Below the pieces are notes generated by a model. The model was not told the DNA's origin, ran no database searches, and was given only the letters and a program-made list of their open reading frames with translations. DNA of 64,000 nucleotides from contig OZ257145.1 in assembly GCA_965279315.1 (NCBI GenBank), positions 1,485,536-1,549,535 of the forward strand, read 5' to 3'. The stretch is from Alphaproteobacteria bacterium (GTDB taxonomy: Bacteria; Pseudomonadota; Alphaproteobacteria; Micavibrionales; UBA2020). Shown piece by piece: positions 17,771 through 25,885 of the stretch. Position 1 is the stretch's first letter; each line of letters starts with the position of its first letter. A program made the translations under genes and the position numbers.

Positions 17771-18328
17771 TTAAAGCCCCAGCCGCTTCTTGCGCTCGAT
17801 ATACCCGCGCGTGCTTTGGTCGATTTCGTAATCGCCGATCTTGATGACCATGCCGCCGATCAGCGACGGGTCGACCGCGACCTTGGTTTCGCCCGCCACG
17901 ATATTGAACTTGTCCTTGATGCGGCCGATCAGGTGGTCGGATGTGGCCACATCCATGGGGAAGGCGGAGGTGAGGGTGATGTCGACATTGCCCTCCAGCT
18001 CCTTGCGCTGCCGCACATAGGATTCAAACACCCATGGGGCATAAGACAGTTTCTTGCCGTCAATCAGCGCGTCGACGAATTCGCGGAAGATTTCATCGAC
18101 CTCCATCTTGTCATACACCGGTTTCATGACGTCTTTCATGTCGTCCGGCTTCAGGCGCGGGTCGCGCAGGATTTTTTCGAAATCCGGCATTTTGACGATT
18201 TCCGCCAGCAGCTCCAGCTTTTCTTCCCAAACCGCGACAGCCGACATTTCCTGCGCGATTTCCAGCGCGGCCTTGGCGAACAGGCGGCCCAGCTTCGGGG
18301 CGATATCGCGCTTGGGTTTGGGTTCCAT
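17771..18328 (-). CDS. atpH: F-type ATP synthase delta subunit (OSCP) family protein, not adjacent to other atp genes
   Basis: 185 aa. Delta/OSCP layout: N-terminal helical part (LGRLFAKAALEIA..), C-terminal ..NVDITLTSAFPMD..KVAVDPSLIGGMVIKIGDYEIDQSTRGYIERKK. Its ATG overlaps the upstream stop as TAATG. Confidence 0.65.
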   Translation of the reverse strand: MEPKPKRDIAPKLGRLFAKAALEIAQEMSAVAVWEEKLELLAEIVKMPDFEKILRDPRLKPDDMKDVMKPVYDKMEVDEIFREFVDALIDGKKLSYAPWVFESYVRQRKELEGNVDITLTSAFPMDVATSDHLIGRIKDKFNIVAGETKVAVDPSLIGGMVIKIGDYEIDQSTRGYIERKKRLGL

Positions 18329-21081
18329 TATTGATCCTTCTTGAAAACGAAGCGTGAATAGAACCAGCTGAGCGCCAGCAAGCTGAGGCCGAGGCCCATG
18401 AACGAAAACACGCGGTAAAGCCCCGTCAGCTCGTCGACGTCATAGAGGAACACCTTGCCGACCGTCACGATCATGACGCCCAGCGACGCGATGCGCAGCG
18501 CCTTGTTCTGCTTGAGCGTGCCAAGGAACAGCAGGCCCGCGCCCAGCAGAAGCCAGACGGCGGAATAGGTATACACTTCCGCGTTTTCCGTCGCCCCCTC
18601 CATCAGGAAGCGGCCGTGATAGAACTGGCGCACCTGCAGCGTGACGAAGATGAACAAAAGCGTCAGCGACAGCCCGCCCGTCAGGCTGCGCGGCAGCGTC
18701 GCCATGCGCAGGCTGGGCTTTTCCTCCAGCCACAGCCACGCGACCGGCAGCGCATAGGGCAGCCACAGCCAGTTCAGCAGCGGCGTCGCGCCCACATCCT
18801 GCGAGCGGCTCCAGAGCGGGTTGGAAATGAACAGGTCGAAATAGAAGACGCGGAACATCGCCATCGCGAACAGGAACGAGCCCGCCCACAGCAGCGCGCG
18901 GCGGCTGTAAAGCCGTCCGGTGTAAACCACCAGCAGCGCCGCCGCGAAGAAGATGTTCGTGATGATGCCGCGTTCCATGAAGCCGGCCTTGCGGAACAGC
19001 ACATCGCCCGGCACCTTGAACACATGGCGGGCGAGGTAGTAGAGCATCAGCGCGCCCAGCGCCACCATCGTCATTTCAAACAGCTCGACCAGTTTGTCAT
19101 CCCCGCGCAGGCGCAGGAAAAACGCAGCCGCGCCGATCAGCACCATCGGGATGCCCAGCTGGAACACCGGCTGGTCGGCAAGCGGCGGCAGGCCGTGCCA
19201 CGGCGACCATTCGACGCCCGTCAGGCTGTTGGCGGTCACGCTGCCCAGCAGCAGAAGCTGCGGCAGGATCAGCAGCAGGAATACGCCGAACAGGATCGCC
19301 GCGATCCGGCGCAGCGCCTTGATGTCGATCTTCCACGCCACCCAGCACACGGCCAATGTTTCAGCGGCGAAGGCGACCGCCATCCAGTCCTGATGCACCT
19401 CGATCACCAGGGCAATCGATGCAAAAGCGGTGGTCATCAGGCTGAACAGCGCCAGCAGGCGGTCGCGCAGTTTTTCGTCGCCCGCAAAATTGCGGAACAC
19501 GTCGCCCGTCAGCCATGCAAAGCCGAGTGCCAGCAGCACCGCAATCGCCGACCACACATGCAGCACATCGCCGGAAATGATGTTCAGCAGCGGATAGATT
19601 TCCTTGCCGATCGTGGCATAGCCGACCCCGTAGAAACCGAGCGAGGCTGCGGACAGCACGCCCGCCATCGTCAGCGACGGCCAGCGACGCAAGAGCCAGA
19701 ATGTCGGCAGGGTATAAACGATGGCAAGCCCCAGCTCGACCATCGCCATTTCCGCGTCCGCCGTGTGCCGCCACATCAGCAGCATCAGCAGGCTGGTGCC
19801 CAGCGACAGGTATGGCACGTATTTGAACTGCGCGGGACGGAAGAACGCCATGGCGATGCCGCCCAGCGCCAGCAAGCCGAACATGCCCCATTCCAGCAGC
19901 CCGTAATCGCAGCGCATGGTGACAAAAGCCATCAACGCGACGCCGGCTGCGGCTGTGAACACGTTCAGCGTGCCGATGCTCGCGCGGTCCTTGCCGCCGA
20001 GTTTGGTGTCTTCCTGCGCCGACGGCACCATGATGACGCCGCTGACCGCGAGGATGAACAAGCCCATGACCAATCCGTCATCGGCGCTGAAATTCCCGCT
20101 GAAATTCCAGACGAGTATCCAGCCGAATGCCAGCACCGCCATCGGCACCGACAATGCCCACCAGCCCAGTTTGCGGAACGCCGTGAAGAGGCCGGCGACA
20201 AGGCAGAACAAATAGAAGAACAGCATGGGCGCGGACGGATGGTCTGTCGTGATCAGCGCAGGCGTGATGAAGCCGCCCAGCATCCCCAGCACCGCAACCG
20301 GCATGCCATGGCGCACCGACAGCACGACGGCAAGCGCGGTCGTCGCCGCCATGCCGATGAAACCCACCATCGGCGGGAAGAAATGATACATCTGCGTCGC
20401 GGCATAGATGGTCGCATACAGCGCTGCGATGCCCGCACCCGCCAGTGACATCGCAATGCGCGCGCCATCGGCCATGGTCGGGTTTTTCTCGCGGATATAG
20501 CGTGCGCCGCCGATCAGCAATGCTGCGAAGACAAAGCCCAGCACGATGCGGACTTCTTCGGTCAGCAAACCCTGCTCGATCGAATATTTCACAAGGTAGA
20601 AACCGGCCAGCGCGAGCGAGATGCCGCCAATCCAGACGGGCAGGCGTTTGCCGAACTGGAATTCGAAGCCGCTGCCCTGCGTCGATTTATCGGCAGCATC
20701 GGTTTTCTGCTGCCGCACCATGCTGGCGGCGGCGCGCGACTCTTGCTGTTCGGCGCGGATCTTTTCCTGTTCGCGTTCGAACGCGACGCGGATTTCGTCA
20801 GGCGGGGTGTAGGCGGGAATGCCTGCCGTCAGCAGCGACGACGGCGGAATGGCGCTGGCGGGCGGCAGCGGCGATGCGGGCGGAATACCGCCCGGCGTCA
20901 GCGGCATGACCTCGACTGGCGCGGCATCAGCGGTGCTGGAGGCGGTGCTGGAAAGGGGACGGGGCGGCAGGGGCGCGCGGTCGATACGGGTGCGCAGCTC
21001 GGTCACGTTATCTTCAAGGGCGCGGAAACGGCCCCACAGGAAGAACAGGAAGACGACGACGCCAAGTACAACTATTTCCAT
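18328..21081 (-). CDS. Large polytopic membrane protein, DUF2339-like
   Basis: 917 aa. N-terminal TM, then helix (FRALEDNVTELRTRIDR), then a Pro-rich linker, then >20 hydrophobic segments. Architecture is typical of DUF2339 (recalled). Confidence 0.6.
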   Translation of the reverse strand: MEIVVLGVVVFLFFLWGRFRALEDNVTELRTRIDRAPLPPRPLSSTASSTADAAPVEVMPLTPGGIPPASPLPPASAIPPSSLLTAGIPAYTPPDEIRVAFEREQEKIRAEQQESRAAASMVRQQKTDAADKSTQGSGFEFQFGKRLPVWIGGISLALAGFYLVKYSIEQGLLTEEVRIVLGFVFAALLIGGARYIREKNPTMADGARIAMSLAGAGIAALYATIYAATQMYHFFPPMVGFIGMAATTALAVVLSVRHGMPVAVLGMLGGFITPALITTDHPSAPMLFFYLFCLVAGLFTAFRKLGWWALSVPMAVLAFGWILVWNFSGNFSADDGLVMGLFILAVSGVIMVPSAQEDTKLGGKDRASIGTLNVFTAAAGVALMAFVTMRCDYGLLEWGMFGLLALGGIAMAFFRPAQFKYVPYLSLGTSLLMLLMWRHTADAEMAMVELGLAIVYTLPTFWLLRRWPSLTMAGVLSAASLGFYGVGYATIGKEIYPLLNIISGDVLHVWSAIAVLLALGFAWLTGDVFRNFAGDEKLRDRLLALFSLMTTAFASIALVIEVHQDWMAVAFAAETLAVCWVAWKIDIKALRRIAAILFGVFLLLILPQLLLLGSVTANSLTGVEWSPWHGLPPLADQPVFQLGIPMVLIGAAAFFLRLRGDDKLVELFEMTMVALGALMLYYLARHVFKVPGDVLFRKAGFMERGIITNIFFAAALLVVYTGRLYSRRALLWAGSFLFAMAMFRVFYFDLFISNPLWSRSQDVGATPLLNWLWLPYALPVAWLWLEEKPSLRMATLPRSLTGGLSLTLLFIFVTLQVRQFYHGRFLMEGATENAEVYTYSAVWLLLGAGLLFLGTLKQNKALRIASLGVMIVTVGKVFLYDVDELTGLYRVFSFMGLGLSLLALSWFYSRFVFKKDQ

Positions 21082-21109
21082 CGTCTTCCTGTGCTTTCTT
21101 TATCTCTGG

Positions 21110-22894
21110 TTAGGGTTTGGGCGGTTTAGCGGCGGGCGGGGCTTTCGCCTTTGCCGCTTCCTTTGCGGCTTCCTCCTGCTTCAGCGCTTTTTTGTCGGGC
21201 TTGCCGATCATTGTTTTCGGCAGGCTGTCGCGGGTTTCGAACTGCTTGGGCATTTCATACGGCGCGAGTTTATCACGCAAGAACGCGGTCATTGTCTTGT
21301 CGTCGACCTTTTCCGCATCCGCCTTGTACACGATGAACGCCTTCACGGTTTCGCCGCGGTATTCATCCTTCACGCCCAGCACGATCACTTCCGACACGTT
21401 CGGGTGCTGCATGATCGCCTCTTCCACCTTGCGGGGGAACACTTTCAGGCCGGATGCGTTGATCATGTCCTTGATGCGGTCGACGATGAAGATATAGCCT
21501 TCTTCATCCATGTAACCGACGTCGCCGGTGTGGAAATAGCCGTCTTTGTCCATCACGTTGGCGGTTTCATCGGCGCGGTTCCAGTAACCCTGCATCACCT
21601 GCGGGCCGCGCAGGCAGATTTCGCCTTCCATGCGGATGGGGCAGGCCTGGTCGGGGAATTCCAGGTTGGCGATTTTCACTTCCGTTTTCGGAAGCGGCAT
21701 GCCGATGGAATTCAGTTTCTTTTCGCCATGCACGGGGTTGGCAACCGCGATGGGCGAGGTCTCGGAAAGGCCATAGCCTTCTGTCAGCGCCGTGCCGGTC
21801 AGTTTCGTCCAGCGTTGCTGCGTCGTTTCCGGCAGGCCCGCGCCGCCCGACAAAACGATTTTCAGCGACGACAGGTCGTATTTGCTGACATCGGGATGGT
21901 CCATCAGCGCCTTGAACAGCGTCGGCACGCCCGCAAACATCGTGGGCTTTTCCGCGTTGATCGTCTTCAGCGTCGTTTTCGCGTCGAACTGCGGCAGCAT
22001 GACGATTTCCGCGCCCAGCTTGATCGACAGGTTCATCTGCACGGTCATCGAGAACACGTGGAAGAACGGCAGCACGACCAGCATCTTCTCCTGCTTGTTC
22101 GTGCCCTTGCCGGGGCTGCCGCTGGTGAACCAGAAATCGGCCTGGTTCAGGTTGGCGGACAGGTTGGCATGGGTCAGCATTGCCGCTTTCGGAATGCCCG
22201 TCGTGCCGCCCGTATATTGCAGCACGGCAAGGTCGGTCGGTTTCACATCGACCGGCGCGGGATTGCCCTTGTTTTTCATCAGTTTCGCGAAGGGGATATG
22301 CTTGTCGTCGCTCTTCACTTTGACCGTATCAGCCTTGCCGAACCAGCCCTTCACCGTGTTCAGGACTTTATAGGCAAAGCCCTTCACGCCCGGCAGCGCA
22401 TCGGCAAGATCCGCCACGATGACTTTTTTCAGGCAGGTGGTGCCGTCCAGCATTTTATCGATCTTCGGCTGGATTTTGGTGACGGCGAGCGACACCATCA
22501 CATCGGTCTTGCTGTCGTTGATCTGGCCGCGCATTTCCTGCTCGGCATAGAGCGGGTTGAAATTGACGACCGTCGCACCCGCCTTCAGCGCGCCATAATA
22601 GGCGATCACATAAAAGGGCGTGTTCGGCAGGCACAGGCCCACATGGGATCCCTTGCCGAAACCGGCATCCTGCAATCCTTTGGCGAATTTATCGACTTCC
22701 TGACCCAGTTCTTTGTACGTCAGCGTCTTGCCCATGAAATTCAGCGCGGGCTTGTCGGCGTTTTTCTTGACCGAGTCCTCGAACATCTGCGTCATCGTGG
22801 AAACGGGAACTTCCATGTCCCAGTCGATGTCCACCGGATACTTGTTGCTCCAGGGATACTTGCCTTGCGGCTGGGGGGAGGCGGCTTCGGTCAT
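21110..22894 (-). CDS. fadD: Long-chain-fatty-acid--CoA ligase (AMP-binding family) with a Lys/Ala/Pro C-terminal tail
   Basis: 594 aa. AMP-binding motif LQYTGGTTGIPKAAMLTHANL, later GYGLSETSP and YFHTGDVGYMDEEGY. Tail ..KQEEAAKEAAKAKAPPAAKPPKP. Confidence 0.9.
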   Translation of the reverse strand: MTEAASPQPQGKYPWSNKYPVDIDWDMEVPVSTMTQMFEDSVKKNADKPALNFMGKTLTYKELGQEVDKFAKGLQDAGFGKGSHVGLCLPNTPFYVIAYYGALKAGATVVNFNPLYAEQEMRGQINDSKTDVMVSLAVTKIQPKIDKMLDGTTCLKKVIVADLADALPGVKGFAYKVLNTVKGWFGKADTVKVKSDDKHIPFAKLMKNKGNPAPVDVKPTDLAVLQYTGGTTGIPKAAMLTHANLSANLNQADFWFTSGSPGKGTNKQEKMLVVLPFFHVFSMTVQMNLSIKLGAEIVMLPQFDAKTTLKTINAEKPTMFAGVPTLFKALMDHPDVSKYDLSSLKIVLSGGAGLPETTQQRWTKLTGTALTEGYGLSETSPIAVANPVHGEKKLNSIGMPLPKTEVKIANLEFPDQACPIRMEGEICLRGPQVMQGYWNRADETANVMDKDGYFHTGDVGYMDEEGYIFIVDRIKDMINASGLKVFPRKVEEAIMQHPNVSEVIVLGVKDEYRGETVKAFIVYKADAEKVDDKTMTAFLRDKLAPYEMPKQFETRDSLPKTMIGKPDKKALKQEEAAKEAAKAKAPPAAKPPKP

Positions 22895-23378
22895 TTTTCA
22901 CTCTTCGAAAAGAAGTTGATAAAGGCCGCAATTCCTGTCGCAGGAACTGCAAGCATTCACACCCACACCGCCGTCTTTTTTTGTTAAATCAAATCTGATT
23001 TTGGGAAACCGTAACAGCCAGAAAACGCCTTGTAAAGCGCGCTTGTTTTGTCATATGCGGCAGTTTTCATAGCATGAAAAACACGCGCAAAAATTGATGC
23101 GTTGCAGCACCTTTTTTCGTTTTCTGAATGTTGCGGGAAGCCCTGTCGCTCACACTTCTTGAGCCTGCCTAAATTGTCTCAACTTTGACCTCAAGATTCA
23201 ACATAATATTTGGTGACAACGCGTTTGTGACAGGTCTTTCGCAAGCAACCGGAGCGGCTTGCGCGGAAAAAGATTTTTTCAAAACGATGCGGCGCATAAC
23301 GCGAATGTGACGGTTGTGACAGGGTGAAAATCGGTACCCGTGAATTTGAATTTTTGGATTCGCGATTCCCACCCCTCT

Positions 23379-23458
23379 CGTCATCCCCGCGAAGGCGGGG
23401 ATCAACGCGGCTTACAGCGCACTCAAGCTCATGGATCCCCGCCTTCGCGGGGATGACG
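23379..23458. repeat. Nested-hairpin palindromic element, copy 1 (25-bp perfect terminal inverted repeats, 30-bp spacer)
   Basis: CGTCATCCCCGCGAAGGCGGGGATC (23379-23403) and its exact reverse complement GATCCCCGCCTTCGCGGGGATGACG (23434-23458). Each arm is itself a CCCCGC-GAAG-GCGGGG hairpin. Confidence 0.85.
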
Positions 23459-23469
23459 AAAGATGGCAT

Positions 23470-23501
23470 AAAAAAGGCGGCCCTTGCGGACCGCCTTTTT
23501 T
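23470..23501. terminator. Bidirectional-looking rho-independent terminator
   Basis: A6-GGCGGCCC-TTGC-GGACCGCC-T6. Lies 15 nt downstream of the stop of the minus-strand gene 23516..24022. Confidence 0.55.
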
Positions 23502-23515
23502 GAAATCTCGAAAGA

Positions 23516-24022
23516 TCAGGCTTTCGGGGGCTTCGGCACTTCAGGCGCTTTGGGCGTTTTCGGCTTGGTTGCGTCGGTATCCGGCACAACGGGGGCGAGG
23601 AAATCGAGGAGGCTGGAGCCGGTCGAGGGATTTTTGTCCGCGTCTTTTTTCAGCTCTTCCAGTTTCGCGCCGGCGGCGAGGCCGCCTTCGATCGCCTTGT
23701 CTTTTGCAACGTTGAACGCGCCGGTGATGGCGTCGCCCGCGATGCCCGCCACGCCGTCGATTTTTTCGGCCAGCGGTTTTGCTTTTTCGGCGAGGTCGCC
23801 GATTTTCACGGCGGCGGCGTCGGTCACGGCTTCGATCTTGTCATTCACTTCGTTCGCGGTCGCGAGGCCTTTTTGCGCCAGCTTGATGGCGGCGGCGGTG
23901 CGCTTCATCTTTTTCTCGTTCGACTCTTTTTTCGCCGCGCGGATTTTTGCGGGGTCGGTTTCTTCTTTCAGGTGGTCTTCCGCTTTTTGCTTCAGTTTGT
24001 CGAGAAAGCTCTTGATACCCAT
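23516..24022 (-). CDS. Hypothetical Lys/Ala-rich helical protein with a Pro/Lys tail (168 aa)
   Basis: MGIKSFLDKLKQKAEDHLKEE..., low-complexity amphipathic sequence. C-terminus ..ATKPKTPKAPEVPKPPKA. No family recognised. Confidence 0.5.
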   Translation of the reverse strand: MGIKSFLDKLKQKAEDHLKEETDPAKIRAAKKESNEKKMKRTAAAIKLAQKGLATANEVNDKIEAVTDAAAVKIGDLAEKAKPLAEKIDGVAGIAGDAITGAFNVAKDKAIEGGLAAGAKLEELKKDADKNPSTGSSLLDFLAPVVPDTDATKPKTPKAPEVPKPPKA

Positions 24023-24111
24023 GTGCTGTGCGTCCTTCTATTTTTTTTGAATTTCTGTGTGCCAATAGACTAGCATCCGAGGCTCCGGAGTCAACCAGTT
24101 ATGGCAATATT

Positions 24112-24726
24112 TCAGAATAAAGACAGTTGATTATTGTCTTCTGGTAAATCGCTGTTCGCGGGGCGCTGGAATTGCCCCGTCGGGGTCAGCATGAATTCCA
24201 TCGAATCGTCGCCGCGGAACAGGGCAGGGTCGGGCGCGGCCAGCCAGCGGCGGCAGTCTTCCACCGTCTGCAAAATAACCGGCATCCGGTCATGCACGGC
24301 GGCGACGGCGGGGACTGCAGATGTTGTCAGCACCGCAAAACCGTCGCGCCCGCTGAACGTGTCCCAGATGCCTGCGAAACCCACCACGCGCGCTGGCACG
24401 ATGTCGAAGGGCTGCGGCGGTTTTTGCGTGCGGTCCCATTCAAAGAAACCATCGGCGGGAATGATGCAGCGGCGCGATTGCACGCTGTCGCGGAAAGACG
24501 GTTTTTCAAACACGGTTTCGGAGCGGCCATTGACCAGCGGCTTGCCTTCCTTCGCCCAGCGGGGGATGTAGCCCCAATACAGATGCTCGATGGAATCGCC
24601 ACGGATGACGGGCAGGGAGGTGCCGGGGGTGGCCACACCTGCTGCATCCACGAAACGCGGCATTTTAACGCCGAAAAGCTCGGCCAATGCCTGCAAAGCT
24701 GCGATTTGTTTATAGCGGCCGCACAT
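24112..24726 (-). CDS. SOS-response-associated peptidase (SRAP/YedK family), abasic-site DNA-protein crosslink enzyme
   Basis: 204 aa starting MCGRY (catalytic Cys2). YWGYIPRWAK, CIIPADGFFEW, HDRMPVIL motifs. The track ORF start at 24888 adds 54 non-homologous residues. Confidence 0.85.
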   Translation of the reverse strand: MCGRYKQIAALQALAELFGVKMPRFVDAAGVATPGTSLPVIRGDSIEHLYWGYIPRWAKEGKPLVNGRSETVFEKPSFRDSVQSRRCIIPADGFFEWDRTQKPPQPFDIVPARVVGFAGIWDTFSGRDGFAVLTTSAVPAVAAVHDRMPVILQTVEDCRRWLAAPDPALFRGDDSMEFMLTPTGQFQRPANSDLPEDNNQLSLF

Positions 24727-24764
24727 GATATAGTCGCCTTCCAAAATTCGAGAGGAATAAAGCA

Positions 24765-25790
24765 ATGGCGGACCAAAAGGGCAAGACAATTCTGACAGGC
24801 GTGAAGCCCACGGGCGCGCCGCATATCGGCAATTATATCGGCGCCATCCGCCCCGCGCTGCGCCTTGCCGCATCCCACGAAAAATCATACCTGTTCATCG
24901 CCGATTACCACGCGCTGAACGCCGTGCATGACCCGAAGGCGTTGAAGGAAGACAGCTATCAGGTGGCGGCCTGCTGGCTCGCCCTCGGGCTTGATCCCGC
25001 GAAAACGGTTTTGTACCGCCAGTCGGATATCCCCGAGATCCCCGAACTCGTCACCATCCTCTCCGCCGTCACGCCCAAGGGGCTGATGGACCGCAGCCAT
25101 GCGTATAAGGCGGCGAAGGACCGAAATGCGGAAGAAAACCGCGACCTTGATGCCGACGTGAATATGGGCCTCTACACATATCCGTTGCTGATGGCGGCCG
25201 ACATCCTGATTGCGAACACCGATATCGTGCCGGTCGGCAAGGATCAGGTGCAGCACATCGAATTCGCGCGCGACATGGCTGGCTATTTCAACGGCGCGTT
25301 TAAAAAAACCGTGCTGAAACTGCCCGAATACCAGCTGGAGGCCGGCGGCGCGCTGCTGCCCGGCATCGACGGCCGCAAGATGAGCAAGTCGTATGGCAAC
25401 CACATCCCCGTCTTCATCGACAGCGCCGCGCGCCGCAAGCTGGTGATGAAAACAGTGACGGATTCCAAACTGCCCGCCGAAGCCAAGAACCCCGACGAAA
25501 ACGTGATCTATCAAATCTACGCACATGTCGGCACGCCCGAAGAAGTGCAGGCGATGCGTGACGCGTTCGAAAAAGGCGGCATGGGCTATGGCGACGCGAA
25601 ACAAAAACTGTTCGACGCACTGGAACGCAACTTCGAAAAACCCACCGCGATTTATAACGAGCTGATGGGCGGCGACCGTAAAAAGCTGGATGATATTCTG
25701 GAGGAAGGCGCGGCAAGGGCGCGCAAAGTAACGCGCGAGACGCTGTCGAATGTGCGGGAAGCGATTGGGTTGACGCGGCTCCGCGCTTAA
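24765..25790 (+). CDS. trpS: Tryptophan--tRNA ligase
   Basis: 341 aa. HIGN (GAPHIGNYIG) and KMSKS (GRKMSKSYGN) class-I signatures, TrpRS-like length. Confidence 0.95.
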   Translation: MADQKGKTILTGVKPTGAPHIGNYIGAIRPALRLAASHEKSYLFIADYHALNAVHDPKALKEDSYQVAACWLALGLDPAKTVLYRQSDIPEIPELVTILSAVTPKGLMDRSHAYKAAKDRNAEENRDLDADVNMGLYTYPLLMAADILIANTDIVPVGKDQVQHIEFARDMAGYFNGAFKKTVLKLPEYQLEAGGALLPGIDGRKMSKSYGNHIPVFIDSAARRKLVMKTVTDSKLPAEAKNPDENVIYQIYAHVGTPEEVQAMRDAFEKGGMGYGDAKQKLFDALERNFEKPTAIYNELMGGDRKKLDDILEEGAARARKVTRETLSNVREAIGLTRLRA

Positions 25791-25885
25791 ATATTTATAT
25801 ATTTCAGTGTCTTGTGCGCGTTATTGACATAACTCGCGTAATCCCGTATCCTCCGCGCAACCTCAAAATTAGCGAGCCAAGAGCC

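Noticed and set aside
23169-23715. ORFs 23169..23405, 23191..23589 and 23431..23715, which encode ..VIPAKAGIH.. / MDPRLRGDDE..
   Set aside because: These peptides are just translations of the palindromic element arms (GTCATCCCCGCGAAGGCGGGGATC) and the adjacent terminator. There is no SD and no coding-like sequence outside the repeat.
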